Shown here: piece after piece, positions 34,709 through 45,398 of the stretch | How positions within the stretch are numbered: the first letter of the stretch is position 1 | Layout of the letters: every line of letters starts with the position of its first letter | Source: Dehalococcoidia bacterium | Lineage (GTDB): Bacteria > Chloroflexota > Dehalococcoidia > Bin125 | Reading direction: 5' to 3' | Assembly (NCBI GenBank): GCA_963662615.2 | Contig: CAXXSR010000001.1 | Span: 1,901,664-1,965,663, forward strand | DNA length: 64,000 bases | Program-made: the position numbers and the translations under genes | Notes under the pieces: model-generated | Databases searched by the model: none | What the model was told of the DNA's origin: nothing | Seen by the model: the letters and a program-made list of their open reading frames with translations, nothing else

Positions 34709-35845
34709 TTACCGCTTCAAGACCAGGACGTTCATCCCACCAATGCCGGAATTATAGATGAGCCCCACCTTGGGGTCGCCGGACACCTGGCGCGGGCCCG
34801 CCCGGCCGCTGAGCTGCGCCAGGATTTCGGCGATCATGGCGCAGCCCGTGGCGCCAATGGGGTGGCCGCGGCTGAGCAAGCCGCCGTCGGTGTTGACGGG
34901 GATGTCGCCGTCGATCTCCGTGCGCCCCTCGCAGACGGCCTGCGCGCCTGCGCCCATGTCCACCAGACCCAGCGCCTCAATGGCGAAGATTTCGCCGGGA
35001 GTGAACGCGTCGTGCACTTGCGTCACGTGGACGTCTTCCGGGCCAATGCCGGCGCGTTCGTACGCCGTGCGCGCCAGCTTCGCCAGTTCGAGCCGGTTCA
35101 GTTCGCCGTCGTGAGACTCCCCATCCTTCGCCGCCGGGACGTATTCGCCGGTCCCAGAGGCCCAGCCCGCCACAGTGATGTAGTCCGACGTGTGCTGGCG
35201 GGCCACCTCCTCGGCACAGAGGACCACCGCCGCTGCGCCGTCAGTGGTGGGCGAGCACTGCAGCAGCGTGATCGGCGCGGCGATCATCCGCGAGTTGAGA
35301 ACTTCCTCCAGCGTGACGGCCTTCTGGTACTGCGCGTTGGGATTGAGCGCCCCGTTCTTATGTGCCTTCACGGACACCTGGGCGAACATCTCCGGCGTGG
35401 CGCCGTATTCATGCATGTAGCGATTGGCCGCGAGCGCGTAGCCCGCCGGCATGACCGCAAGACCCATCACGGTCTCGTACGCCTGCTTGTCGCTGGTCTG
35501 CAGGAGGCCGCGCTCCATCTTCTCGAAGCCGACCACGAGCACGCGGTCGTAGAAGCCGCCGGCAATTGCCATGGCAGCCTCGCGAAACGCTGTGGTGGAG
35601 CTGGCGCAGGCCTGCTCAATGTTGGTGACCGGGATGCCCGTCTGGCCTAGCTCGGTCACGACGCGCAATCCGGCCCCCATGCCCTGAAGGACGCGGCCCG
35701 TATAGGCGGCGTCAATCTCCTGGAAGGAGATGTTGGCCTGCTCTAACGCAGCGACGATCGCTTCCCGGCCCAGCTCCTCCGTGCTCTTCTCCGGGAATCG
35801 CCCGAATGGGTGCAGTCCTGCTCCAACGACGGCGACGCTACGCAT
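34709..35845 (-). CDS. Thiolase-family protein (SCP-x/lipid-transfer type acetyl-CoA acetyltransferase)
   Basis: NIEQACASSTTAF carries the active-site Cys. GGLLSRGHPIGATG is the C-terminal thiolase motif. Confidence 0.9.
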   Translation of the reverse strand: MRSVAVVGAGLHPFGRFPEKSTEELGREAIVAALEQANISFQEIDAAYTGRVLQGMGAGLRVVTELGQTGIPVTNIEQACASSTTAFREAAMAIAGGFYDRVLVVGFEKMERGLLQTSDKQAYETVMGLAVMPAGYALAANRYMHEYGATPEMFAQVSVKAHKNGALNPNAQYQKAVTLEEVLNSRMIAAPITLLQCSPTTDGAAAVVLCAEEVARQHTSDYITVAGWASGTGEYVPAAKDGESHDGELNRLELAKLARTAYERAGIGPEDVHVTQVHDAFTPGEIFAIEALGLVDMGAGAQAVCEGRTEIDGDIPVNTDGGLLSRGHPIGATGCAMIAEILAQLSGRAGPRQVSGDPKVGLIYNSGIGGMNVLVLKR

Positions 35846-36302
35846 GGCTTTCCTCGTGCTGAGCTAGGGGCCGGAAGAAGTAGTTGATTAGGCTAACACC
35901 GTCCTCGTCGGTCAGGACCGTGCGGGCGATCGCCTCGACCGACATTCCAACGGTGACGTCCTGCGGGTCCGCGTCCACCAAGACCGATTGGGCGCTGACG
36001 CCTCCGTCCATCGCGACGACGACGATGGCGTAGGGGGGATCGACGGCCGCGCCAGGGAGTCGCTGATGGACCACCGTGAAAGTGTGCACCACGCCGCGGG
36101 GTCCGAACGTCTGGCGCTCCAACGTGGCGCTGCTGCAATTGGCGCAGTAATGGCGTGCAGGAAAGAACGCCTCGCCGCATTCCAGGCAGCGATTCCCCGT
36201 CAGAGAGACCGGTGCCCCCTCCCGCTCCGGCATCTGGAAGAGGCCCTCTTGGAGGGGGCGCCTCTGGCCCCGCCGCGGCGCCGCGGAACTTGTCATCGGC
36301 AC
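35838..36302 (-). CDS. Zn-ribbon/OB-fold protein (DUF35), thiolase partner
   Basis: CLECGEAFFPARHYCANCSS is the rubredoxin-like zinc ribbon, followed by an OB fold. It overlaps the thiolase gene start by 8 nt. Confidence 0.85.
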   Translation of the reverse strand: MPMTSSAAPRRGQRRPLQEGLFQMPEREGAPVSLTGNRCLECGEAFFPARHYCANCSSATLERQTFGPRGVVHTFTVVHQRLPGAAVDPPYAIVVVAMDGGVSAQSVLVDADPQDVTVGMSVEAIARTVLTDEDGVSLINYFFRPLAQHEESHA

Positions 36303-36634
36303 CTTCCCCCCAGCACCCAGCTCCCAGCACCCAGCACTGAGTTTGTGACGACGCAGGGTCGGCGGCGCCCATCGCGCCTTCCGGCGTCCGCACTCCTATC
36401 ATTGCATAGGCCAGGGCGCGCGACGGCTGCCCCGATCCCGTTCTCTCCCGCTCGTTACGGCGCCGCCAACTGCCCCGGCGCAGCCCAGGCTACGGCGCCT
36501 CCACTGCGCCGATCAGATCCAACGCGCCACGTCGCTGCCCTGTAGAGCTGGTGGTAGACGCGTGACAAGGAGACACGAACGCGCTAGCACGATGGGACCG
36601 TCCGCCGGGCGGGCAAGGAAGCGAGGATGCAACG

Positions 36635-37756
36635 ATGACGATGATTACGGCCGTGCGGACGCGGCTGGTGCGGATTCCCTTGGAGCGACCAACCTCGTTG
36701 TCCAATCGCACCCTGACGCATCGCGATTACCCACTGGTGCAAGTGGAAACCGAAGACGGCGAGACGGGCATCGGGTTCTGCTACGCGGGCGGTTCGGGCG
36801 GGGAGCTCGTGACGACGGCGATCCGCAACTTGTTCGCGCCCATGCTGATCGGTCGGGACCCATACCAGGTCGAGGGGCTATGGCAGGAGATGTACCAAGA
36901 GGCGTTGCTGCACGGCCGGGTGGGCTCGGTCATGCGCGCCATCAGCGCAATCGACATCGCGCTCTGGGATCGCAACGCGAAAGCAGTGGGCTTACCGCTC
37001 TGGCGCTATCTGGGCGCCTGCGCCGACGGTTCCGTCCCGGCCTATGCCAGCGGTGGCTACTATCTCGAGGGTGACCCGGCGGCGATGCTGGCCGAAGAGT
37101 TCAGCAGCTATGTGGCGCAGGGCTTCACGGCGGTGAAGATGAAGGTTGGCCGGCTCGATCCAGGGGGTGAGGAAGCGAGGATCCGGGCAGCGCGCGAAGC
37201 GATTGGCAAGGACGTGCTGCTCATGCTGGATGCCAACAACGCATTCCCCAACCTTGAGTCGGCGCTGCGCGCCATGGCGATCTACGAGCGCTACGACCCC
37301 TACTGGATCGAGGAGCCTTTCAGCCCTGACGACATCGACAACCACGCCCGTCTGGCCCGGTTAACCGCGGTGCCCGTGGCGACGGGGGAGATTGAGGCCG
37401 GGCGCTGGCGTTTCAAAGAGCTGCTGGAGAAGGAGGCCGCGACGATCCTACAACCGGACGCCGCGGTCTGCGGAGGGATCACCGAGTTTCGCCGGATCGC
37501 GGCCACGGCGGCCAGCTTCGGGATCTCGCTCTGTCCCCACTGGTTCCACGACCTGCACCTGCACCTCGTCGCGTCAACGCCCAACGCGACGTTCGTCGAA
37601 TTTTTCCCTGACGACCAGGTGCTCAACTTCCGCCGCCTGATCGACCGGCAGAGCGAAGTCGTGAACGGGCGCCTGTTGCTACCGGATCGACCTGGACTCG
37701 GCTTCGGCTTCGTTCCGGGCAAGGTCGAAGAGTATGCGGTTGACGCCTGGTCCTGA
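36635..37756 (+). CDS. Enolase-superfamily enzyme (mandelate racemase/muconate lactonizing family dehydratase)
   Basis: AIDIALWD, FTAVKMKVG, LMLDANNAF, WIEEP and ATGE match the MR/MLE metal-binding and catalytic motifs. Confidence 0.88.
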   Translation: MTMITAVRTRLVRIPLERPTSLSNRTLTHRDYPLVQVETEDGETGIGFCYAGGSGGELVTTAIRNLFAPMLIGRDPYQVEGLWQEMYQEALLHGRVGSVMRAISAIDIALWDRNAKAVGLPLWRYLGACADGSVPAYASGGYYLEGDPAAMLAEEFSSYVAQGFTAVKMKVGRLDPGGEEARIRAAREAIGKDVLLMLDANNAFPNLESALRAMAIYERYDPYWIEEPFSPDDIDNHARLARLTAVPVATGEIEAGRWRFKELLEKEAATILQPDAAVCGGITEFRRIAATAASFGISLCPHWFHDLHLHLVASTPNATFVEFFPDDQVLNFRRLIDRQSEVVNGRLLLPDRPGLGFGFVPGKVEEYAVDAWS

Positions 37757-38062
37757 ACGGCGACGAAGCCGCAGGCTTGGGTCGCAAGAGAGTAGGGCCC
37801 GTCATGCGCCCTGATGACTACGCACAGTACGAGTCTGGCAGCTGAGTGCCACCGGGGCGCCTACGGATCGTATAGGCAGGAATTGCGTGGTCCAACGTGC
37901 CCGTGAACTCGCGCTGCGAGGCAGCCGCCGAGGCAACGCTGTTTCGCTTCGCCTCGCAATTGGAGGAGGCCCGGCCGTGGGCCGGCCGCAAGCCCGAGGT
38001 CAGCAGCGGGCAGCCGTGACGCGGCCACCGTTTCCCACGGAGAGAGCGATGGCGATCACCTC

Positions 38063-38779
38063 TCAACGAACCGTCTGGTTGGCACCATCATCGTCGGGCG
38101 TGCTCGCGGTGGCAGGCAGATAGCGTAGGAACCAGTCGCGCGCCCGGCTCGCCACCCGGTCCAGCGCGCCCGGCTCTTCGAAGAGGTGCGTGGCGCCGGG
38201 GACGATTTCCAGTTTCTTCTCTGTGCGCAACTTCGCCAGCGCGTCCCGGTTCATCGCGATGACCGGGACGTCGGCTCCTCCAACGATGAGCAGCGTGGAG
38301 GCGCGGACCTGCGAGAGCGCGGCGCCGGCGAGGTCCGGCCTGCCGCCGCGGGACACGACCGCGCGGACGTTCGCAGGGCGCTCCACCGCCGCCATCAGCG
38401 CCGCCGCCGCGCCGGTGCTGGCGCCGAACATGCCAATATCGAGCGCGCGCGTGTGAGGATGCTCCGCCAGCCACTCGACCGCGCCGGCCAATCGGGTCGC
38501 GAGTAACTTCACGTCGAAGCGCAGCTCGGCGGTACGAGCGTCAATCCGCTCTTCTGCCGGGGTCAGGAGGTCCATGAGGAGCGTCGCCAGGCCGGCCTCA
38601 CGGAGCGTCGCGGCCACCGCTCGATTCCGGGGGCTCAAGCGGCTGCTCCCGCTTCCGTGCGCGAAGAGAACGACGCCCAGCGGCCTTGCGGGCAGGCCCA
38701 AGGCGCCTGCCAGCGACAAGCCGGCGGCGGGGACCTGAACGTCCCGCACGTCGTGACTCTCGGCCGCCGCCTCAGTCAT
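38063..38779 (-). CDS. Alpha/beta hydrolase (dienelactone hydrolase-like)
   Basis: VLFAHGSGSSRLSPRN and GMFGASTGAAAAL (nucleophile elbow) are present. ATG 38779 overlaps the upstream gene's stop by 8 nt. Confidence 0.8.
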   Translation of the reverse strand: MTEAAAESHDVRDVQVPAAGLSLAGALGLPARPLGVVLFAHGSGSSRLSPRNRAVAATLREAGLATLLMDLLTPAEERIDARTAELRFDVKLLATRLAGAVEWLAEHPHTRALDIGMFGASTGAAAALMAAVERPANVRAVVSRGGRPDLAGAALSQVRASTLLIVGGADVPVIAMNRDALAKLRTEKKLEIVPGATHLFEEPGALDRVASRARDWFLRYLPATASTPDDDGANQTVR

Positions 38780-39569
38780 GGCCCAGCGCCCGTGGCGGCG
38801 AGCCGGCGGAGGCATCAGGCCCGCGATCGGGGCGCCTGAGACGCGCCAGAATCCGGGCCGGATAATCGCCGCAGATCGCGTCGACGCCGGCATCGCGGAC
38901 CCGCTCGATGTCGGCGGGCTCGTCCACGCTCCAGGTGTAGACCTGCAGGCCACGCCCGTGGGCCTCTTCTACCGCGGCAGGGCTGACCATGGCATGTGCC
39001 AGGCTCACCGCTGCGAAGCCCGCTCGCGCCGCCACATCGATGTGCGACCGGTACCCGTATCGGGGGGCGGAGTCCGGCGCGACCAGCAGGGCGACCGGCA
39101 CCTGCGGCATCTCGCTTCGGCAGGCGACGCCGATGTCGGGATCGAACGCCCAGATCCAGCACCAATCGGCGGCGGCGGCATCGTTGACCAGCCGCCCCAC
39201 TGTGCTCTCAATCCCGGCTTCCTTGATTTCCATGACCAGCAGGCAGCGGCCCACCGTCCGGGCGAGCGCCTCCGCCAGAGTGGGGACGGGCTGCGGTGCG
39301 ACCCGGCCATGCGGGTCGGTCACGCGCAGCGATCGCAAGGCGCGGGCGGAGAGCGCGGAAAGTTCGCGTGGGTCGCCCGTCGTTCGCGCCAACGAGGAGT
39401 CGTGGAGGAGGACGGGGCGGCCGTCTCGGGTCGCGCGGACGTCGACCTCCACGCCGTCGGCGCGGTCCGCGATCGCCGCATCAATCCCCGCCAGGGTGTT
39501 CTCCGGCATGGCGCCGGCGTTCGTGCGGTGAGAGATCACGAGCGGGCGTCGGCTGGGCTGTTGGCTCAC
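38772..39569 (-). CDS. Glycerophosphodiester phosphodiesterase family protein
   Basis: PLVISHRTNAGAMPENTLAGI and GVEVDVRATRDGRPVLLHD are GDPD motifs. GTG 39569 has a GAGGAG 5 nt upstream. Confidence 0.85.
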   Translation of the reverse strand: MSQQPSRRPLVISHRTNAGAMPENTLAGIDAAIADRADGVEVDVRATRDGRPVLLHDSSLARTTGDPRELSALSARALRSLRVTDPHGRVAPQPVPTLAEALARTVGRCLLVMEIKEAGIESTVGRLVNDAAAADWCWIWAFDPDIGVACRSEMPQVPVALLVAPDSAPRYGYRSHIDVAARAGFAAVSLAHAMVSPAAVEEAHGRGLQVYTWSVDEPADIERVRDAGVDAICGDYPARILARLRRPDRGPDASAGSPPRALGHD

Positions 39570-39775
39570 GTCTGCTCCTCGCCGCCTCGGACCCCTTGAG
39601 GGACCAGGCCCCTTCACTCGCGGCGCTCGCCCGGTTCGGCTGCGATGACACGAGCGCCGGCGAAGTGCTCCTCAGCCTCATCGGGAGACCAGAGTAGCGC
39701 GATCGTGCGCCGGCGACGGCGAGCCGGGGTCCCGACCGCTGGTCGCGCGCCGACCGGCTCAGCTACGCTTCGGGA

Positions 39776-40882
39776 GTGACAGCGAGCGTCGTCCCCACGC
39801 GCTACTGGCATGCGCTGCCCGACGGGCGGGTCCAGTGCGATATCTGCCCGCGTGCCTGCAAGCTGCACGAGGGGCAGCGGGGATTCTGTTTCGTCCGTGC
39901 GCGCCAGGACGACCAGGTGGTCCTAACTTCCTACGGCCGCTCGAGCGGGTTCTGCGTCGATCCGATCGAGAAGAAGCCGCTCGATCATTTCCTGCCCGGC
40001 ACCTCGGTCCTCTCCTTCGGCACCGCAGGGTGCAACTTGGGCTGCGGCTTCTGCCAGAACTGGGACATCAGCAAGTCCCGCGAGATCGACACACTTGCCG
40101 ACGCCGCAGCGCCGGAGACGATCGCGCGGGCGGCGCGGGAGCTGGGCTGCCGCAGCGTCGCCTTCACCTACAACGACCCGGTGATCTTCCACGAGTACGC
40201 GATCGACGTGGCGCAGGCGTGTCACGAGGCCGGGATCAAGTCCGTGGCCGTCACCGCCGGATACATGTGCGCCGAGCCACGCGTGGAGTTCTACCGCTAC
40301 ATGGACGCCGTCAACGTCGATCTCAAAGGCTTCACGGAGGATTTCTACCACCGCGTCTGCATGGGTCATCTGGAGCCGGTGCTGGAGACGCTGGAGTACA
40401 TCCACCACGAGACCGATGTCTGGTTGGAACTGACCACACTACTCATCCCCGGCCTTAACGATTCCGCAGAGGAGATCGACCGGCTCAGCAACTGGGTCGC
40501 GGAGCATCTGGGGCCATTGGTGCCGATCCATTTCACCGCCTTCCACCCGGATTGGAAGATGCTGGACCGTCCGCCCACGCCCCCGGAGACGTTGCAACGA
40601 GCGCGCCGCGTGGCGATGGAGAACGGGCTGCGCTACGTCTACACCGGCAACGTTCACGATCCCGAAGGCAACAGCACCTCCTGCGACCGATGCGGGACGC
40701 AGATCATTGGGCGGGTTGGGTACACGATTACCGCCTGGGAACTCAGCGACGACGGCCGCTGTCTCGCCTGCGACGCGCCCTGCCCGGGTGTCTTCGACGG
40801 TCCTCCAGGATCCTGGGGCTCCCGTCGGTTGCCCGTGCGCCTGGCCGACTTCGCGGAGAGCGATCGCCGTTCCCGTCCCTGA
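39776..40882 (+). CDS. AmmeMemoRadiSam-system-type radical SAM enzyme
   Basis: N-terminal CDICPRACKLHEGQRGFC is an auxiliary cluster. GCNLGCGFCQNW is the CxxxCxxC radical SAM motif. IEKKPLDHF and the C-terminal Cys pairs are typical of this family. Confidence 0.85.
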   Translation: MTASVVPTRYWHALPDGRVQCDICPRACKLHEGQRGFCFVRARQDDQVVLTSYGRSSGFCVDPIEKKPLDHFLPGTSVLSFGTAGCNLGCGFCQNWDISKSREIDTLADAAAPETIARAARELGCRSVAFTYNDPVIFHEYAIDVAQACHEAGIKSVAVTAGYMCAEPRVEFYRYMDAVNVDLKGFTEDFYHRVCMGHLEPVLETLEYIHHETDVWLELTTLLIPGLNDSAEEIDRLSNWVAEHLGPLVPIHFTAFHPDWKMLDRPPTPPETLQRARRVAMENGLRYVYTGNVHDPEGNSTSCDRCGTQIIGRVGYTITAWELSDDGRCLACDAPCPGVFDGPPGSWGSRRLPVRLADFAESDRRSRP

Positions 40883-41005
40883 TTAGACGACGTTCTGCAG
40901 GGGATGCCCCCGTCTGAGATTTTCGACGTTCTTGGCCACGGCTCGCGCCATTAGGTCGTACGAGTAGTCCGTCACCCCGGCGATGTGCGGTGAGGCGATG
41001 CGGAC
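40883..41005 (-). pseudogene. C-terminal remnant of a D-isomer-specific 2-hydroxyacid dehydrogenase
   Basis: Only IASPHIAGVTDYSYDLMARAVAKNVENLRRGHPLQNVV is recognisable. The upstream part of ORF 40883-41488 has no homology pattern and overlaps the ArsR gene. Confidence 0.55.
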
Positions 41006-41142
41006 GGGTGGCCGCTGCCCAGATCTTCCCGTCCGGCCCCGGCGAGGCCGCCGACGCCGTGGGCAATCGCTCATGTGCGAAGCGGTTGCCTCCCTGGCGC
41101 GGTGAAGCGACACGCCGGCGACCTGCCCGTCAGAATCGGCTC

Positions 41143-41182
41143 TTGACGCCTGCTCGCGCTCAGGATTATTGTTCACTATATG
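41143..41182 (+). promoter_or_regulatory. Putative promoter for a leaderless ArsR-family gene
   Basis: The layout is TTGACG (41143-41148), an 18-bp spacer, TATTGT (41167-41172), then 7 nt to ATG 41180. No SD is present. An AT-rich patch and the imperfect inverted repeat GTTCAC-N6-GTTAAC span the start. Confidence 0.4.
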
Positions 41183-41506
41183 GTTAACTATTCGGCCAGC
41201 CTCGATCGCAGCTTTCTCGCCCTGGCCCACCCCCTGCGGCGGGGCATCATAGAGCGGCTGGCCCGCGGCCCAGCCAGCGTGGGCGAAGCGACCCAGGGCT
41301 TCGCCATCTCCAAGCCGGCGATCAGCAGGCACCTCAAGGTGCTGGAGGACGCCGGGATCCTCGTTCGCGAGGTCCAAGGGCGAACCCATCGGCTCGACGT
41401 CGACCAAGGACCTCTGACCGAGGCCGCGACGTGGATCGAGCATCACCGAGGTATCTGGGAAAGAACGTTCGACGCCGTCGAACGGCATCTATCCGAGCAA
41501 CCGTAG
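41180..41506 (+). CDS. ArsR/SmtB-family transcriptional regulator
   Basis: LALAHPLRRGIIERLARGPASVGEATQGFAISKPAISRHLKVLEDAGIL is a winged-HTH ArsR signature. Confidence 0.88.
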   Translation: MVNYSASLDRSFLALAHPLRRGIIERLARGPASVGEATQGFAISKPAISRHLKVLEDAGILVREVQGRTHRLDVDQGPLTEAATWIEHHRGIWERTFDAVERHLSEQP

Positions 41507-41533
41507 CCTCCAGAAACTGGGAAGGAGATTGGC

Positions 41534-42001
41534 ATGGCGGAAACAGGGGCGGAGACCGAGATCAGCTTGCGGCTCTCGCGCAGCTTCGACGCACCCAGGG
41601 AGAGGGTCTTCGAGGCCTGGACCGACCCCTCAGTCCTGAAGCGCTGGTGGAGCGCGCAAGAGAGTTGGGACTGTCCGCTGGCGGAGGTCGACCTGCGTGT
41701 CGGCGGCCAGTACAAGCTCTCCATGCGGGATCCGGACAGCGGCCAGGTGCACACCGTCAGCGGGGAGTACACCTCGATCCGGCCGCCGGAGCATCTCGCC
41801 TACACCTGGTCGTGGGAGGGAGACGTCCAGGGGCACGGGGGAGGCGAAGCGACGCTCGTGACCGTGGACTTCATAGAGGAAGGCGAGCGCACAACCGTCG
41901 TGCTCACCCACCGCGGATTCCAAAGCGAAGAGGTCCGGGACAGACACAGCCAAGGCTGGGGCGGCTGCTTCGCCAATCTCGGCCGGCGCGTCTTCGCCTG
42001 A
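41534..42001 (+). CDS. SRPBCC/AHSA1-domain protein
   Basis: SRSFDAPRERVFEAWTDPSVLKRWW is the typical AHSA1/START-like N-terminus. This is the classic pairing with ArsR. Confidence 0.85.
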   Translation: MAETGAETEISLRLSRSFDAPRERVFEAWTDPSVLKRWWSAQESWDCPLAEVDLRVGGQYKLSMRDPDSGQVHTVSGEYTSIRPPEHLAYTWSWEGDVQGHGGGEATLVTVDFIEEGERTTVVLTHRGFQSEEVRDRHSQGWGGCFANLGRRVFA

Positions 42002-42033
42002 GGAGTTCAGCGGCGCCAATTGTCGATGGCGCG

Positions 42034-43020
<987 letters not shown>

Positions 43021-43103
43021 TTCGTTATCTCTCCTGCCTCAGACACGCGTCTCCCGTCCCCAGCCGTCCCCCGTCCCTTCGGATCGCAGGCAGCTTGCAA
43101 GGC

Positions 43104-43829
43104 CTACGCATCGCGCTGCTTCCCGGTCTTCTCCGCGAACAGCCGCCACGTCCGGTCGTTGAACGGGTAGTATCGCCCCGGCGAGCACTGCTCGCGTTGC
43201 AGCTGCTCTTTTACCACCTCTTCGACCTCTTCGTGCTCACGCGCCGTGGCGATCACCTCATCGACCATGCCGGCGGGGACGATGACAACGCCGTCATCGT
43301 CGCCGACGACCGCGTCCCCCGGCCGCACCAGCACGCGCCCGCACTGGGTGGCATCGTTGACCTGCCAAGGCCAGAACTCTCCGGGGCCTTGCTTGGCGGT
43401 GGTACCGGCCGAATACACCGGGAATCCATACCCCTTCAGGACCACGCTATCCCTGACAGATCCGTCGGTGACCAGACCGGCCGCACGGCGTTGCGCGAGA
43501 CGCAGAAACTTGATGTCGCCGCCAATTGAGCTGCTGCTCCAGCCCATGGCGTCCACCACCAGCACTTCGCCGGGACCGCACAGCTCAAAGGCGACGTATT
43601 CGGCGGACTGCTCGCCCTGCGGCTTGTCTTCCGCGATGTCGGGGCGGTGGGGCACGAAGCGCAAGGTCACGGCCCTTCCCGCCATCTTCTGGCCAAGCTG
43701 CAGCGGCCGCGCTCCCTCCACATAGCTCATGGGCCACCCCTTCACCCAGAGTGCGTCGATAAGAGTCGCCGTGGGGATCGTGCGGAGCGCCGCGAGGGCG
43801 TCGTCACTGATCGATGGACGTTCAGGCAT
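43104..43829 (-). CDS. RraA-family protein (4-hydroxy-4-methyl-2-oxoglutarate aldolase / regulator of RNase E family)
   Basis: LVVDAMG...SSIGGDIKFLRLAQRRAAGLVTDGSVRD and GDAVVGDDDGVVIVP are typical of RraA/DlpA-like proteins. Confidence 0.82.
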   Translation of the reverse strand: MPERPSISDDALAALRTIPTATLIDALWVKGWPMSYVEGARPLQLGQKMAGRAVTLRFVPHRPDIAEDKPQGEQSAEYVAFELCGPGEVLVVDAMGWSSSSIGGDIKFLRLAQRRAAGLVTDGSVRDSVVLKGYGFPVYSAGTTAKQGPGEFWPWQVNDATQCGRVLVRPGDAVVGDDDGVVIVPAGMVDEVIATAREHEEVEEVVKEQLQREQCSPGRYYPFNDRTWRLFAEKTGKQRDA

Positions 43830-44134
43830 CGGGGCACCTCCAAGCCGTTCGCTTTGATCGTGGCCGTCATTCTATGCAGTCGCCGCATCGGACGGCGAAA
43901 CGCCCTGGCGCCGACAGCACGGAGCCGCGGCGCTGCAGCCGCTCCGGTGAGCAATCAGACCTCACCTGCGTGGCCCCGATGGCGCACGATCGTGAAATAT
44001 ACTGCTCTCTCTTTCAGGGCACGAGTCTAGGCGGCTCTTCTAGGCCCCATTGGGATTTACCAGTGTTCCGGCGCTGGGAGCGGAGGGTGAGCTGGACCTG
44101 GACGCACCAGGTCCGGCACGCGCTGGTTCGGCAT

Positions 44135-44233
44135 GTGATCGTCACCCGGCGCTTCGGCATCGAGGAGATCAACGAGGCGGCAGCGGCGTTGGAAGCCGGC
44201 GAGATCGCGGGGCTCGCCATCTTGGAGTTCTGA
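44135..44233 (+). pseudogene. C-terminal remnant of a Zn-dependent alcohol dehydrogenase-like gene
   Basis: VIVTRRFGIEEINEAAAALEAGEIAGLAILEF resembles the extreme C-terminus of MDR-family dehydrogenases. Nothing recognisable lies upstream. Confidence 0.4.
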
Positions 44234-44366
44234 GGGAGCGCCGCATCTCATCAATGAGCGACCCATACGCAACAGGACCGGGCTGGCCGAGACGGGAGCG
44301 CGACCTCTACGATTCGTGCGCGGTCGTGTGTCCGAGGCAAGCGGTCGATCAAAGTGAGGTAGCGGC

Positions 44367-45149
44367 GTGGCCCTTCCCCAAGATCGCGCGGAGGCCGCCG
44401 AGCTGCTCGGCGTCGCCGCCGACGCGTCCGAGAGCCTGATCAGCAGCCGCTATCGCACCCTGGCGCAGATCTTCCATCCCGATCTGAATCCCAACGCGCC
44501 CAGCGCCGACCTGCGGATGCAAGAGTTGAACGCTGCGCGCGACCTGCTGCTGCGGGGTCTGCGCCCGACCGGTTCGGCAGAGGACCCCCCGCAACAGGAG
44601 CGCCCGGGCGAGCAGGGGGCGTTGCAGACGAAGGAAGAGGCGCAGCGCATTCGCACGGTGATGCACCAGATGCCGTACGGCATCTACATCATTGGCACCA
44701 CACGGGATGACGAGCCCAACGCCATGATCGCCGACTGGGTGATGCAAGTCTCTTTTGAGCCGCGTCTGGTGGCCGTGTCCATCGAGAACGACGCCTACAG
44801 CCTGGAGAGCGTCCGTCGGCACAAGGCCTTCACGATCAACTTGCTCCCCGAAGACGGGATGGAAGTCGCTGCCCGCTTCTTGCAGCCGCGAGACGGCTCG
44901 AAGATCCGGGGACGCAGCCCTGCAGTCGCCGCGCAGACCCATAACAAGCTTGCCGGCACTGTCTATCGCACGACAGATCGCGGCTGCCCGATTCTTGAAG
45001 AGGCTCTCACCTGGCTCGAATGCGAGCCGGAACAGTTCGTCCCGGCTGGCGATCACACTTTGGTCGTGGGCCGCGTGGTCGACGGCGCCGTCTTGCGGGC
45101 GAGCGAGGCGCTCACCTCAACGTACACGGGATGGAACTACAGCGGCTGA
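44367..45149 (+). CDS. J-domain (DnaJ-like) / flavin reductase-like domain fusion protein
   Basis: The N-terminus AAELLGVAADASESLISSRYRTLAQIFHPDLNP carries the HPD motif. The C-terminal ~165 aa (YGIYIIGTTRDDEPNAMIADWVMQVSFEPRLVAVSI...GDHTLVVGRVVDG) matches the FMN-binding split-barrel flavin reductase domain. Confidence 0.8.
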   Translation: MALPQDRAEAAELLGVAADASESLISSRYRTLAQIFHPDLNPNAPSADLRMQELNAARDLLLRGLRPTGSAEDPPQQERPGEQGALQTKEEAQRIRTVMHQMPYGIYIIGTTRDDEPNAMIADWVMQVSFEPRLVAVSIENDAYSLESVRRHKAFTINLLPEDGMEVAARFLQPRDGSKIRGRSPAVAAQTHNKLAGTVYRTTDRGCPILEEALTWLECEPEQFVPAGDHTLVVGRVVDGAVLRASEALTSTYTGWNYSG

Positions 45150-45398
45150 CACGAAGTCAGCCCGTGTGGTCCGCAAGCGGCCCGGTGGGTGCGGAGACGG
45201 TGGAATCGCCGCTCGGGGGCCGGACACCTCATAGGACAAAGGACGGGCTCTCGCTATATTTGCCGGGGCGCCGCTTGCGACCCCACCGGCGTCTCTCCCC
45301 TCACGGGGCAGGGCGCAGGGCCCCGCCGAGTTCCAGAATCGGCCACGGCAGGTAAGCGCACCGGAACAGCCGCCAGGCTTCGCGCTTCGGGAGCCGTC

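Noticed and set aside
36311-36338. The 14-bp x2 direct repeat (cagcacccagctcc/cagcacccagcact) just upstream of the DUF35 gene start.
   Set aside because: There are only two imperfect copies of a low-complexity sequence. It was noted, but it is too weak to interpret as a regulatory element.
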